Of a stretch of 20,694 bases of DNA, positions 10,716 through 20,694 are shown piece by piece (position 1 is the stretch's first letter; each line of letters begins with the position of its first letter). A model generated the notes under the pieces. That model was not told where the DNA came from. It searched no databases and saw only the letters and a program-made list of their open reading frames with translations. Source of the DNA: Ginkgo biloba (taxonomy: Eukaryota; Plantae; Ginkgophyta); contig JANKJI020000002.1 in the NCBI GenBank assembly GCA_024626585.2, forward strand, positions 202,025,181 to 202,045,874, read 5' to 3'. The position numbers and the translations under genes were made by a program.

Positions 10716-10790
10716 AGAATTGTAATTCAATTGGTTAGGTTATTTAATTTTCAAACAGGAGTTCAAGGTTTCAAAACCCATGAAGTGACT
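10716..10790 (+). mobile_element. Decayed tRNA-derived SINE head or tRNA pseudogene
   Basis: A-box-like taattcaattgg (10723-10734; cf. TAGCTCAATTGG) and B-box-like gtttcaaaaccc (10768-10779; cf. GGTTCAAATCCC) at tRNA-like spacing. No intact cloverleaf. Confidence 0.4.
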
Positions 10791-12199
10791 CTTTAAAATA
10801 ATTTCGTAAAAGGTGTTATCCACAAGTTATATGGAAAATCGTGAACCAAAAGTTGAAGGAGCTAAGGGAGCCAACATAAATTAATTTTTGGTGTTAATAA
10901 AAAGACATTAAAAGGCATTAAACAAAATCNNNNNNNNNNNNNNNNNNNNNNNNNNNNNNNNNNNNNNNNNNNNNNNNNNNNNNNNNNNNNNNNNNNNNNN
11001 NNNNNNNNNNNNNNNNNNNNNNNNNNNNNGATATTTATGATTAATATGAGGTATTATTTCCAAATTATTTCCTAAGATAACCATTATATTACTTACAAAT
11101 ATTATCATCCAAATATGATTATTTTAAGTATAGTGATTTTATTATTATAGTTATTCTTATATTAGAACAAGTAAGAGGAAAGAGGAAGGTGAAGGAATGG
11201 AAATTATTAATAGAAGACCATGAAAAATTCATAGAGACTATTACTGTTAGAGATAATATCGATGGTTNNNNNNNNNNNNNNNNNNGATCATCAATAGGTT
11301 AAAATTTTATTTATTTTTTGTATATTATTAACCATCAATATATTTTATATATTCATGTTATAATTTTTATATACAAGAATCCTATTTTCTATAGTTATTT
11401 TTATCATATTAAAACTTGCAAGTTTGTAATTTATATATAAGAATATGCATATTATTATGTTCAATTTCTATACCAATGTTGACCCATGAATGGGGCCTCA
11501 TTTCTGTAGAAATAAATATCAAAATATTGAATGAATTTTCAGTCATAATGCCTAAAGTAAGAACTCGAAAATTGCTCCAACTAGATTAAGAGGAGATACA
11601 CCAACTTATTCCACATATTTAAATCCTTAAGTCTTGAATGAGTGGATTATTTTTTGTCCTACCAAAAGAAAATAATTTTTTTATATCAAGGATTATCTGA
11701 AGTATTTAGAATCAAACGAATACCATATTATTATTATTACAGGTTAAAAATGCTAGAAAAAATACATGAATTTGGTGATTGACTACCTCCAGTTGTTCTC
11801 CCTTGAAGAAAATGTAATATCATAATGATATTGTTTGAACCCAAGTGAAATATTCATTCTCATGAAGACTTGTTCATATTGGCATTTTATAAGAATTCAT
11901 CAGGTTTTATATTTTAGGAAACCTAAGGTGAAAGTATTAAGGATCATGTGTGGGATCATGAAAGTTTGAAGGCAACCCATGGATCCAAGTCCAAAAATTA
12001 AGTATATTAAATATGGATATTGCATCTATAAAAGTATATATAATGATTATTAGAGTTTGAAGGTTAATAGCCTCTTAAAATTCAAGGTGAATAAGGGATT
12101 TAAAAATCATGTGGGGGAATACTATTATAGGTACAAGGTGATAACCCTTTCCAGTTGTCAACAATCTGTAAGTGGTCCATCTCATATGGTAACTTGGAT

Positions 12200-13900
12200 C
12201 TCTACAAGACCAATTTCCATATCCTAACATTGATAAATACTTAGATACATTTATATTAAACACTTGGAAAGTCGAAGTTTAGAATTCAAACTTTGTATTC
12301 TATGAAGGTTTAAGAAGGACATGAATTTTTCTCATGTTCCATGGATCCAAAAATAAATATGTAATATTTGAAGGATAGTTAGTGAATCTCTTTAAAAGAT
12401 TAGGCTCTTAGGTTTTTAGTGAAAGGCTTTCCTCACCATTATATAGTTAATTCTTTGAATGGCCTAAACTTGAGAAGGACAAAGAGGATGGGACCCAATA
12501 ATTTAAAATTGAGACACATGGTAACATATGATTGACCCTCATTCCTAATAATTATTATTTAATGCATTTTAAAATTTTAGGTGGGATGTTTATCTCATGT
12601 ATTGAGCATATTTATTAGCATAAGGTGGTGACTTGTCTCCTTATAATTAAATGGATTTTTCCTATTTATGAATTGGTTTTAAAAGCTTTCCTTATTACAA
12701 AGTTGATCATTTCTTGAAAAGGAATTCATACTTATGAAGATGAATATACAAGGAAAAAATAGAGATTAAATATGTTATATTTGGGTTCCCTGATCACACA
12801 AAGTTTATATGGTGATATTAATAATAGCTAGGAGNNNNNNNNNNNNNNNNNNNNNNNNNNNNNNNNNAGGTATAGGAGGATCAGGAGTTCACGATTCTAG
12901 AGTCACAAAAACAAAAATAATTATATATACCTAAGATTATATACACCATTTTTAGACTTATTTTTGAAGAATTCATTTAAATAGTAGAGGAAATAAGGAA
13001 GGAAGACATATTATGGAAGTATAGTTTGGTTTGAGCAATGAAATTACTTAAGGTTCTTCCATATTAACATTTGATTGAATGGGTGTCTTAGATATTTTAT
13101 CTTGGAAAAAAATCTACAATCTTAATTTGAGGTTAAGTGTTGTATTTTTTTAATCCTAAAGTGTTATAGATAATGCTAGACCTCCCAAACCTAAAGGAAT
13201 ACTTATCTTTTGAAAAAGTAGAGAGGTTTTATNNNNNNNNNNNNNNNNNNNNNNNNNNNNNNNNNNNNNNNNNNNNNNNNNNNNNNNNNNNNNNNNNNNN
13301 NNNNNNNNNNNNNNNNNNNNNNNNNNNNNNNNATTCCTAAGTGAGAGGCCAAAATGCATCCATTGAGGATAAGATGAAGGAATTAAAATTAGTCCTATCC
13401 CCTATAATATTGTTCCACCCTATTGCTTTTATCACAACATTAGAAGATTCCATGAAATGCTCTATGTTACAAATGCATGCAAACATGAATTTTTGGAATT
13501 CATACATAAGGTGGAGGATGCATTAGTATAATTGGGTCTCCAAATGTAGGAGATAACACTTAGGATGCAAAATTTCTCTCACTAAATCTTATCCTATTTT
13601 GAGGTGTATTCCCATTTCATAATTGAAATAGAAGTTTTTATAAATAAAGAGTTATTTGAATTCCTTAGTTTTATGGGAAAGGGAGTTGGATATTCGTATC
13701 CTATATTAGAGGATTTTGATGAGTATGAAAAATATTTTGTTATTAAAAGAGAGGTAACTCAAGAAATCTCCAATTGTATATTGTCTATAAAGAATAAAAT
13801 GTTTGAAGGTAAACCCTTGATTGAGATGATAGCTTTAGAAAGGAAGATACTTTTTTCATAGAAGGATAATCAATTGATCTTAAAGGAGGATTATACTCAA
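12200..13900 (+). pseudogene. Heavily decayed ORF remnant, likely a retrotransposon accessory ORF
   Basis: Coding-like frames with isolated stops: WDVYLMY*AYLLA*GGDLSPYN*MDFSYL*IGFKSFPYYKVDHFLKR (from about 12582), EDKMKELKLVLSPIILFHPIAF, and PILEDFDEYEKYFVIKREVTQEI. The family assignment is inference only. Confidence 0.3.
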
Positions 13901-14480
13901 TTGATTTAATCAGATAAAGTAAAGATCATTTGTGTATTGCAAAATAAAGAACCATAAAATTTTAGTTAATTCACTACACCCTTATGGGATAAATCCCAAC
14001 ATAACTAGAAAATAAAGTATATCATAATAAAAGAAAAAGGTTAATTGATAGAGGTAGAAAAATAACATAAAAATATTTATTTTTTTAATAAATATTTTAA
14101 TACCACTATGAGGAAAGATATTTAATCCATATTGCAATGGCTTTAAGAATTATTAGTCAAGAATGAAAAGGTAGTTACAACAAAAATTGAAGGTAGTTAG
14201 TTGTCCATCTTCATGTAGCAATATTAAAGTCCCCAATGATAACAAAAGTCCAAAGAAGAAGGATAAAAGAGAGAAAAAAGAAGAAGAAAGGGTTCCACCT
14301 AAAACATTACTGGTGAGGAAATTTCCTAATTTTCCTCGTTTTTGTTTTCCTTTCTTATTGTGTGTAGGGTACTACTAACATGAGTTCCCTTTCTATTGCA
14401 AATTACTAATATGCATGAGTCATCCAGAATACTTGTGTACACCCTCGTGGTCAAGTCTTCGTCTTTATTTTCCCAAATTT

Positions 14481-14574
14481 TGGGGAATTGTAATGATATA
14501 ATCATGGTCATATCATTATAAATTTTGAGGTTCCTATACTTGTAATTTGGACTTCTATTTGAATAAAGTTCAAC
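14481..14574 (+). mobile_element. PPT-like tract and start of an LTR
   Basis: ttttggggaat|TGTAATGA with TG at 14489; runs into a gap. Confidence 0.45.
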
Positions 14575-14674
14575 NNNNNNNNNNNNNNNNNNNNNNNNNN
14601 NNNNNNNNNNNNNNNNNNNNNNNNNNNNNNNNNNNNNNNNNNNNNNNNNNNNNNNNNNNNNNNNNNNNNNNNNN

Positions 14675-14865
14675 CCTATATATATACTTTTGTATGTTCT
14701 ATCTCAGATAGGAGAAATAGAAGGAGATCTTAATAGGTGTAATGCATGAGGTAGTTCTATGAAATTACCTCTATATTAATTAAGACTCTTGTATTCATAG
14801 TTCCTTCTATGCATTTACTTGCCTCTATGGGTTGTTGATCTCCCATTGGCAATTTCCTATCAACA
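14675..14865 (+). mobile_element. 3' half of a 5' LTR, Athila-like Ty3/Gypsy
   Basis: TATA cctatatatata at 14675-14686. Ends TCAACA at 14865, 3 nt before a PBS. Confidence 0.6.
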
Positions 14866-14868
14866 TTT

Positions 14869-14880
14869 TGGTGCCATTAC
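14869..14880 (+). promoter_or_regulatory. Primer-binding site for tRNA-Asp (degenerate)
   Basis: TGGTGCCATTAC vs TGGCGCCGTTGC, the tRNA-Asp PBS of Athila-lineage elements. All three differences are C>T or G>A transitions, two at CpG. Confidence 0.6.
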
Positions 14881-15706
14881 AACTGTTTACACCTAGAGAT
14901 GTATATGCAATAAATATTTGGAGCTCAAGCCTCATCTGATGGAGATAACACTTCTATTTATTCAAGATAATTTTTTTCACAAAGAGGGTTTTTTTAAGGA
15001 GAATGTGCATGTTGGGAAAGTTATGACTTCTTCTTAGGCTAACTCTAGGTTCAATGTGAATAGTGATCTAAGTTTCTCCTGATTAACAAAATCTATTGAT
15101 TGCCAAGAGGCCAAAATCTCGAGAGAACATGGAGTATCTTCCTTTCTCTTCATAGAGACTTATGGTTGATAATGGAGATTCACATAGGAGATTAGAGATC
15201 TATCTGCATAATCATGGAGACTCAGATTGATTAATGAATTACATAATGTAAAGAAGGCTACAAGAATAGACTATGATGTTTTGATAAGTTCTGCATCGAA
15301 ACTCCATAATGGGATAGATAATTTAAAATAAATTTTGCACATAGATAGCCCATGTTATGACAATAGAAAAGGATATTTCTACAAGTTCATAAGATTAATT
15401 ATGGAAGAGATTAAATAATTATTGTTATTATCATTCATAAGAGCATCAACACTATAGCATGATCGAGGATCCACATTCTAATTTTTTTTATGTTAGATAG
15501 TGGAGTAGTTAATTTTATATTTTTTGTGTCAAAGGATGCATAATATCAGAGGAAGGGTTGGCCTACTATTGGAGATTTATGTTGATAATGGTTGTTGGGA
15601 TAATTGTTATCTATCAGTGGACTCATCACCCACTTCATGGTGTTAGAGGAACATGTGTCATCTCAGGTAAACAACTAAAATTTTCTTGTCAATTTCATCA
15701 GTCAGG

Positions 15707-15809
15707 GAATTAGGTGGTGATTTTTATCGAAGGCATAACTGTCTTGCATGTTAGAGGAGAATCGGGTGGTGATTTTATTAGAGGCATAATTTTCTTTCAC
15801 ATTAGAGGA
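15707..15809 (+). repeat. Two-copy tandem repeat, 52/51 bp, in element internal region
   Basis: gaattaggtggtgatttttatcgaaggcataactgtcttgcatgttagagga followed by gaatcgggtggtgattttattagaggcataattttctttcacattagagga. Confidence 0.85.
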
Positions 15810-16713
15810 TATTTTATCGTCAAAGAAATTTATTTATTGTATATGGGCATAGTTAATTGGAGAATCACCATTTGTTAAAGAAGAGTTGTCTCTATCGAAG
15901 GCTATGCATCAATGATAACATAGGAGGATTTCTGTCACTATGAAATACTAGTTTATTTAGAGGAGGGAATTTTCTCAATCAAAATAGGATAGGTGTCATG
16001 TTGGAATCCATTAGAAGAGATTTTCATAGTTGTTAGAAAGCTATTGGAGAGAGACACTTCATAGACTTTGTTGAGTNNNNNNNNNNNNNNNNNNNNNNNN
16101 NNNNNNNNNNNNNNNNNNNNNNNNNNNNNNNNNNNNNNNNNNNNNNNNNNNNNNNNNNNNNNNNNNNNNNNNNNNNATTGTATAATAAATGTGAATTTGA
16201 TAATCTATAGTGATAAAATACACACTTAGGTTTTTAGATTGAAAGTTTACTTGCGTATAATAAAAATAAATTAAAGCAATTATGAATCACATTTATAAGT
16301 TATAATCATATATATTAAAGAAAGATTTTATTGAAAAAAAGAAAATGAGATGCTCCATAAAGATTTTATATTAAGATCGAAAGTGGAATAAATATCCATG
16401 AAATTAATAAAACTTAATATTCATCAAAATGAGATTGATTATGAGAGTGCATACAAAAATTTCCTTGCATAAGGACTGACTTATAATATTCAAGCTAGAA
16501 CCTTAGATATTTAAGGAGGAAGGGATAACTTGGGATATTTATTTATCCCACTTATTGTCTTTGAAATTCCCAAGGGTTTTCTAATATCTTTCATAGTATA
16601 CTCATAACCTTCCCTTTGTTTCTAAGTGCAGATTATTTTTTATAATGGTTTCACATCAAAGGATGAGCATATCAACTAGTAATTCACATTATTTTTATTA
16701 ACTTTTTCATATT

Positions 16714-16979
16714 AGAATTTCTCAATAAATTGAAACAATAATTACTTAAAATACTATTGGCATCTTACATTAAAGTGTGTTGTTAAAATCATAGGTCCAC
16801 AGTACAAAAACGTATTTGAACCTAATGTTTAATGTGTGTTGCATCTATTTGCATAAATATATTTTCTATAACATGTCATATTGTAGTCCTAGGTCACAAC
16901 ATAGGCTTATAGGAGACTGACATCCAAACAACCCTTATATTTAAGCCATGGATGTTATAAACCCAATTGCAACTTGTTA
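16714..16979. repeat. Dispersed repeat, copy 2 (unclassified)
   Basis: Same-orientation diverged copy of 8926-9213, lacking a roughly 20-nt segment near its 5' end. Confidence 0.8.
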
Positions 16980-17246
16980 GCCGTGATATAACACTAATTA
17001 AGAATCAACAATCTTAAATAAGCTTAATAAGTCTAGTACATTTTTAATTCACTGATATTAGTTAGTTAATAATATGAAGAGCAACCATTGTTCATTAAAG
17101 GAATGAACTTTTATAAGATATTACTATAAATATAGTGGTAAATATAAAATCATTAGTTGGATTTCACTACTAAATATGAGCAAAAGACACAACACATTAG
17201 TGGTAGATTTGCTATGCAAAGTCATTCTTGTAAAAATTGACGAAAG

Positions 17247-17450
17247 TGTCACACGTACATATCACAAATGTGTCATAAACTAATTGCTATAAAAAGTGCC
17301 ATAAAGAGTAATAATAGATTACAAGAAATATATCCATAATATATCAAATATCCATGTCTTAAGTCCACAATAATCCCATTTAATTCTTGAGAGAGAGATA
17401 ACACTCTACTATCCAAGATGAAGAGGAAGCACTCTACTTCCAAGTAGAAG
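17247..17450. mobile_element. Possible LTR terminus fragment
   Basis: Starts TGTCACAC, a common Gypsy LTR terminus, and contains a short internal duplication cactctact(a)tccaag. No PBS or PPT adjacent; ends in a gap. Confidence 0.25.
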
Positions 17451-18656
17451 NNNNNNNNNNNNNNNNNNNNNNNNNNNNNNNNNNNNNNNNNNNNNNNNNN
17501 NNNNNNNNNNNNNNNNNNNNNNNNNNNNNNNNNNNNNNNNNNNNNNNNNNTTGTTTAAGTCATTTCAAATGTTTTGAATAAAGTTATAAAAGAATATTCA
17601 AACTTTGAAAGAGAATATTCTAAAGAGAAATAGGTGGGCATTTCTTCCTATAAAAGAAGATCAATTATAAATATTCACCATGGGTGAGATCTTATTGATT
17701 AATAATATAATTATCTTATGTAATACATAATTGTGTATGATGCTCTTTGTGGTGTTTTTAATTAGTTTGGTTCAAAGTAATGAAAGGAAATGGCAATTAG
17801 AGTGTGTTGCATTAATATGTTATTTATTAATGATATGTGATATAATGCTCTATGATCTTAAATTATGAATGTTTTGTTATTATAGTGATTAAGTCCTATT
17901 GTGTAATGCATGATAAAGATTATTTCAAGTAATAATGTAATTAAAAGGGAGTATAAACATTGGTTCCATGACCAAAAAGAGAGCTATAGAATTCATACAA
18001 GTCTACATAAGCTAATCTTTATAATTTATTAAAGATTGTTGAATTCTTGATCAATATTATTAAATTTATAAAATAAGAAAAAGATTTTATGATAGGATTT
18101 AAACTTTACAAGTAGAAGTGGAAAGGATTGGCTCTAAACATCTCAAAACAATGTACGNNNNNNNNNNNNNNNNNNNNNNNNNNNNNNNNNNNNNNNNNNN
18201 NNNNNNNNNNNNNNNNNNNNNNNNNNNNNNNNNNNNNNNNNNNNNNNNNNNNNNNNNNNNNNGGAAAAATGTTAAAGAAATCATTTTGAGAATCCTATGA
18301 CGTCAAGTAGAAGATATGTAATTAGTAGCCATACACATATTACATTAGTATTATGTTGATTTCCAAGTTGTTTTCTCTATTGAAATGTAATAAGCAAGAA
18401 ACATTAAAGGTTTGTTAAAGTGTGTAAAGGTTAAAATGATTAATAAAATATAGTGAAAGGAAATTAAGATATTAAATAACCTTAATAAATTATAATAAAT
18501 TTCTTAATATTTTAGAGATCAAGTAAATATTTTTGGAGAAACATGCTAAAAATCTAGAAGAAATTACAATGATTATAAATAGACCTAAGGAAAAATAAGA
18601 AAGAGTTATAATGTGGTTAAATAAGAATAGAACAGTAAATTCGCCATCAGTTAGAT

Positions 18657-18863
18657 CTAAACTCGATTGTAAGCTGCGTTAAGAGGTTCAATGGGATCCG
18701 AAAAATCATTCTGCCTTAGAAAATACAACTGCTCCTCATCACCTTGTGCTCGCATTCCCCAACTATAATTTTGGCATGCGAATATTATATTTCGGATGAG
18801 AAGTATCATACAGATAACTGAAGTAATAATCAGTCCCACATTTACTAAAACTCGAAGATCCAT
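18657..18863 (-). CDS. Candidate 68-aa micro-protein with one N-terminal hydrophobic helix (signal anchor or signal peptide); unknown function
   Basis: Intact ATG-to-TAG ORF with gatATGG context and a hydrophobic run VLVNVGLIITSVICMILLI followed by a polar tail. It sits in the CpG-retaining island, 42 nt downstream of a strong splice acceptor. I do not recognise a homologue. Confidence 0.45.
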   Translation of the reverse strand: MDLRVLVNVGLIITSVICMILLIRNIIFACQNYSWGMRAQGDEEQLYFLRQNDFSDPIEPLNAAYNRV

Positions 18864-18905
18864 ATCGGATTGTTTAGGCAGATCTCAGGATTATGAGCTT
18901 AAAAC

Positions 18906-19058
18906 CTACAAAAAACACACAGAACTTTCTTTGCCAGCTTTAAGTGGAGTGGAGCTGATAGAAATTTCGAAATTTTCTTAAATATTAAAAAGTCGAAATA
19001 CCAACTTCATTAAGCCGACTTTAACTGAATTTGTATCCCAAATCTTCTTTACACGTAC
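18906..19058 (-). other. Predicted 153-nt GT-AG intron upstream of the 68-aa ORF
   Basis: Donor AAA|GTACGT at 19058. Acceptor ttctgtgtgttttttgTAG|GT at 18906. AT-rich interior. The acceptor is more certain than the donor; an alternative donor GAG|GTATAA lies at 19247. Confidence 0.45.
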
Positions 19059-19160
19059 TTTTATGTTTGTAAGGTCTATGCGTATCTTGTCCATTATTGT
19101 GCTCTCAAGCAAGGGACTCCAAAATCCCTCCTTGGAATATAACATTGAAAACTCCCTTTC

Positions 19161-19173
19161 AATATAATATATA
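19161..19173 (-). promoter_or_regulatory. TATA-like element of the candidate gene
   Basis: Minus strand TATATATTATATT, about 70-80 nt upstream of the ATG at 19094. A second candidate TATAAAA lies at 19246-19240. Weak evidence in AT-rich DNA. Confidence 0.25.
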
Positions 19174-19650
19174 CATATTAGAATTTTATGTAATTGTGTG
19201 ATGCAAAGGGCATTATAGATGGTCATTCTCCGTCCTACATTTTATACCTCTCCTTTTAATTCTAACCACAAATTCAAAAATAAAGAGGGTTATGTATATC
19301 CAAGAATGTCATCATCACTAATAAAAAGGTCGTGTTGGTAGCGACACACACAAATACAAGTAATAGTAATTAATTTATACAATGATCTATACTATTATAA
19401 AAAAAAATAAGAATCTAATAGTTCNNNNNNNNNNNNNNNNNNNNNNNNNNNNNNNNNNNNNNNNNNNNNNNNNNNNNNNNNNNNNNNNNNNNNNNNNNNN
19501 NNNNNNNNNNNNNNNNNNNNNNNNCTTTAGCAGAAGAAACATGATTATGTAAAAAATAATGATGGATGTTGTAAGGAACTATTTGGAAACTTTTCTTGTA
19601 TAATTCCAAAGGAACAAAAGATTGACTAGTTTTTTGTTTAATTAACCTCA

Positions 19651-19661
19651 AGTATCAGAGC
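19651..19661 (+). promoter_or_regulatory. Variant tRNA-iMet primer-binding site
   Basis: ...cctCA-AGTATCAGAGC contains the GTATCAGAGC core of TGGTATCAGAGC, follows a CA and lies 58 nt before a Gag-like ATG. Confidence 0.6.
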
Positions 19662-19719
19662 TTAGGTGAAGTAAGAAAGTCTAAAAATGTATAGAGAGGT
19701 ACTGTATAAAGTAGTGCAA

Positions 19720-20284
19720 ATGGAAAAAGAAACTAATTGGATAAGATTGGATTCATTGGAGAAAATAAATAAACTAACTAAAATAATTAAAGAACTCGAA
19801 GATTCCATAAATAAGTTGGTAAGAAGAACTCCAAAGGAGAGAGAATAAATACAATATAAGAGATGTAATGGATATCATTATAATAATGAATGTCCATTAG
19901 ATGAAAGAAAAGTATACATTCTTATCCTTTTCTAATGGAGGAAAGGATAAAGGATAAAGGAAGAGAAAGATAAGTATTTATTATTTTAGACATAAGAGTT
20001 GGAAGCACAGTCAAGATAACTATTGGGGTAATAAGACAAGATCTAATAGTAGACATAACAATAGGAAAATAAGTTCAAATGAAAATTCCAAAAGATATAA
20101 TAAAGAGAATAAAATAAAATCATCTTATAGAGGGGATACATGGCATAAGGTTGGAGACATAAGGATTGTGAAATGATTCAAATGTAATGATTATGGCCAT
20201 ACATTTAAGAACTATTCCTTTTAAATACCTAACATAAAAGTAGGTCAAGTCACTAGAGTATGTGAACATGAGACAAAAGAGTGC
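19720..20284 (+). pseudogene. Decayed Gag-like ORF: coiled coil plus three degenerate zinc knuckles
   Basis: MEKETNWIRLDSLEKINKLTKIIKELEDSINKL...YKRCNGYHYNNECP (19855-19893, C>Y). In another frame: *FKCNDYGHTFKNY (20174-20215, CX2CX4HX4C spacing with outer Cys mutated) and GQVTRVCEHETKEC (20243-20284). Confidence 0.65.
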
Positions 20285-20694
20285 TTACTACTATTAGAGA
20301 AGGTGAAATCAATCTATATAATGAAAGAAGAACCTAATAAAAAATTTAGTTTAGACAAGGATGTCAACCTCATATCTATACCACATCCATAAGGATTTAA
20401 AAAATAAATTGAAGAAGGTGATATTTTAAGTAAGAGGTTAGTGTAAACCTAGTAGTTATTTTATAATATATAAAATGAAGATTTGTGGAATTTATTTAGA
20501 GAAGATAAGTTTACTCAAAGTATTGATATTGCTGCAAGTTTTTAATGTTCTTATATGTCTACTACAACTTTGGGAAACACTAATCACAATGATCTACGGT
20601 CAAATATTTGATGAAATTATAAATTATTTTCTCAAAAAAATTCATTGCATGTTGTAGAACATAATATCTTACCCAAGTCATATGGTTCCTTTCT

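Noticed and set aside
11552-11616. Possible second SINE-like A/B box pair on the minus strand
   Set aside because: The B box (gagttcttact) is too degenerate to support.
15707-15809. CRISPR-like or other prokaryotic repeat system
   Set aside because: Only two adjacent diverged units with no spacers, no cas genes, and a clearly eukaryotic TE context.
18796-18981. 61-aa plus-strand ORF in the CpG island
   Set aside because: Overlaps the better-supported minus-strand ORF and intron; no splice or targeting signals support it.
19651-20694. Endogenous caulimovirid (tRNA-Met PBS plus zinc knuckle)
   Set aside because: No movement protein, protease or RT motifs. Multiple knuckles right after the PBS fit a retrotransposon Gag remnant better.

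Overview
AT-rich, strongly CpG-depleted eukaryotic DNA from a gappy draft scaffold (many ~100-N gaps and one ~580-N gap). It reads as a plant repeat landscape. A large-genome seed plant such as a gymnosperm is my inference from the element architecture and methylation-type decay, not something the sequence proves. Most of the window is old, nested LTR-retrotransposon debris: LTR termini, polypurine tracts (PPT), tRNA-iMet and tRNA-Asp primer-binding sites (PBS), stop-riddled E/K-rich ORFs and decayed Gag zinc knuckles. I found no RT, RNase H, integrase or protease motifs. Two diverged dispersed repeat pairs are present (about 1207-2204 vs 6506-7525, and about 8926-9213 vs 16714-16979). The one stretch that stands out is about 18640-19345, which retains CpGs. 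On the minus strand it carries a TATA-like box, a plausible 153-nt GT-AG intron, a short uORF and an intact 68-aa ORF with one N-terminal hydrophobic helix, making it a candidate unannotated micro-protein gene. Nearly all other ORFs in the track are gap-spanning artefacts, antisense shadows or fragments of decayed TE ORFs. I see no well-supported novel multi-gene system.
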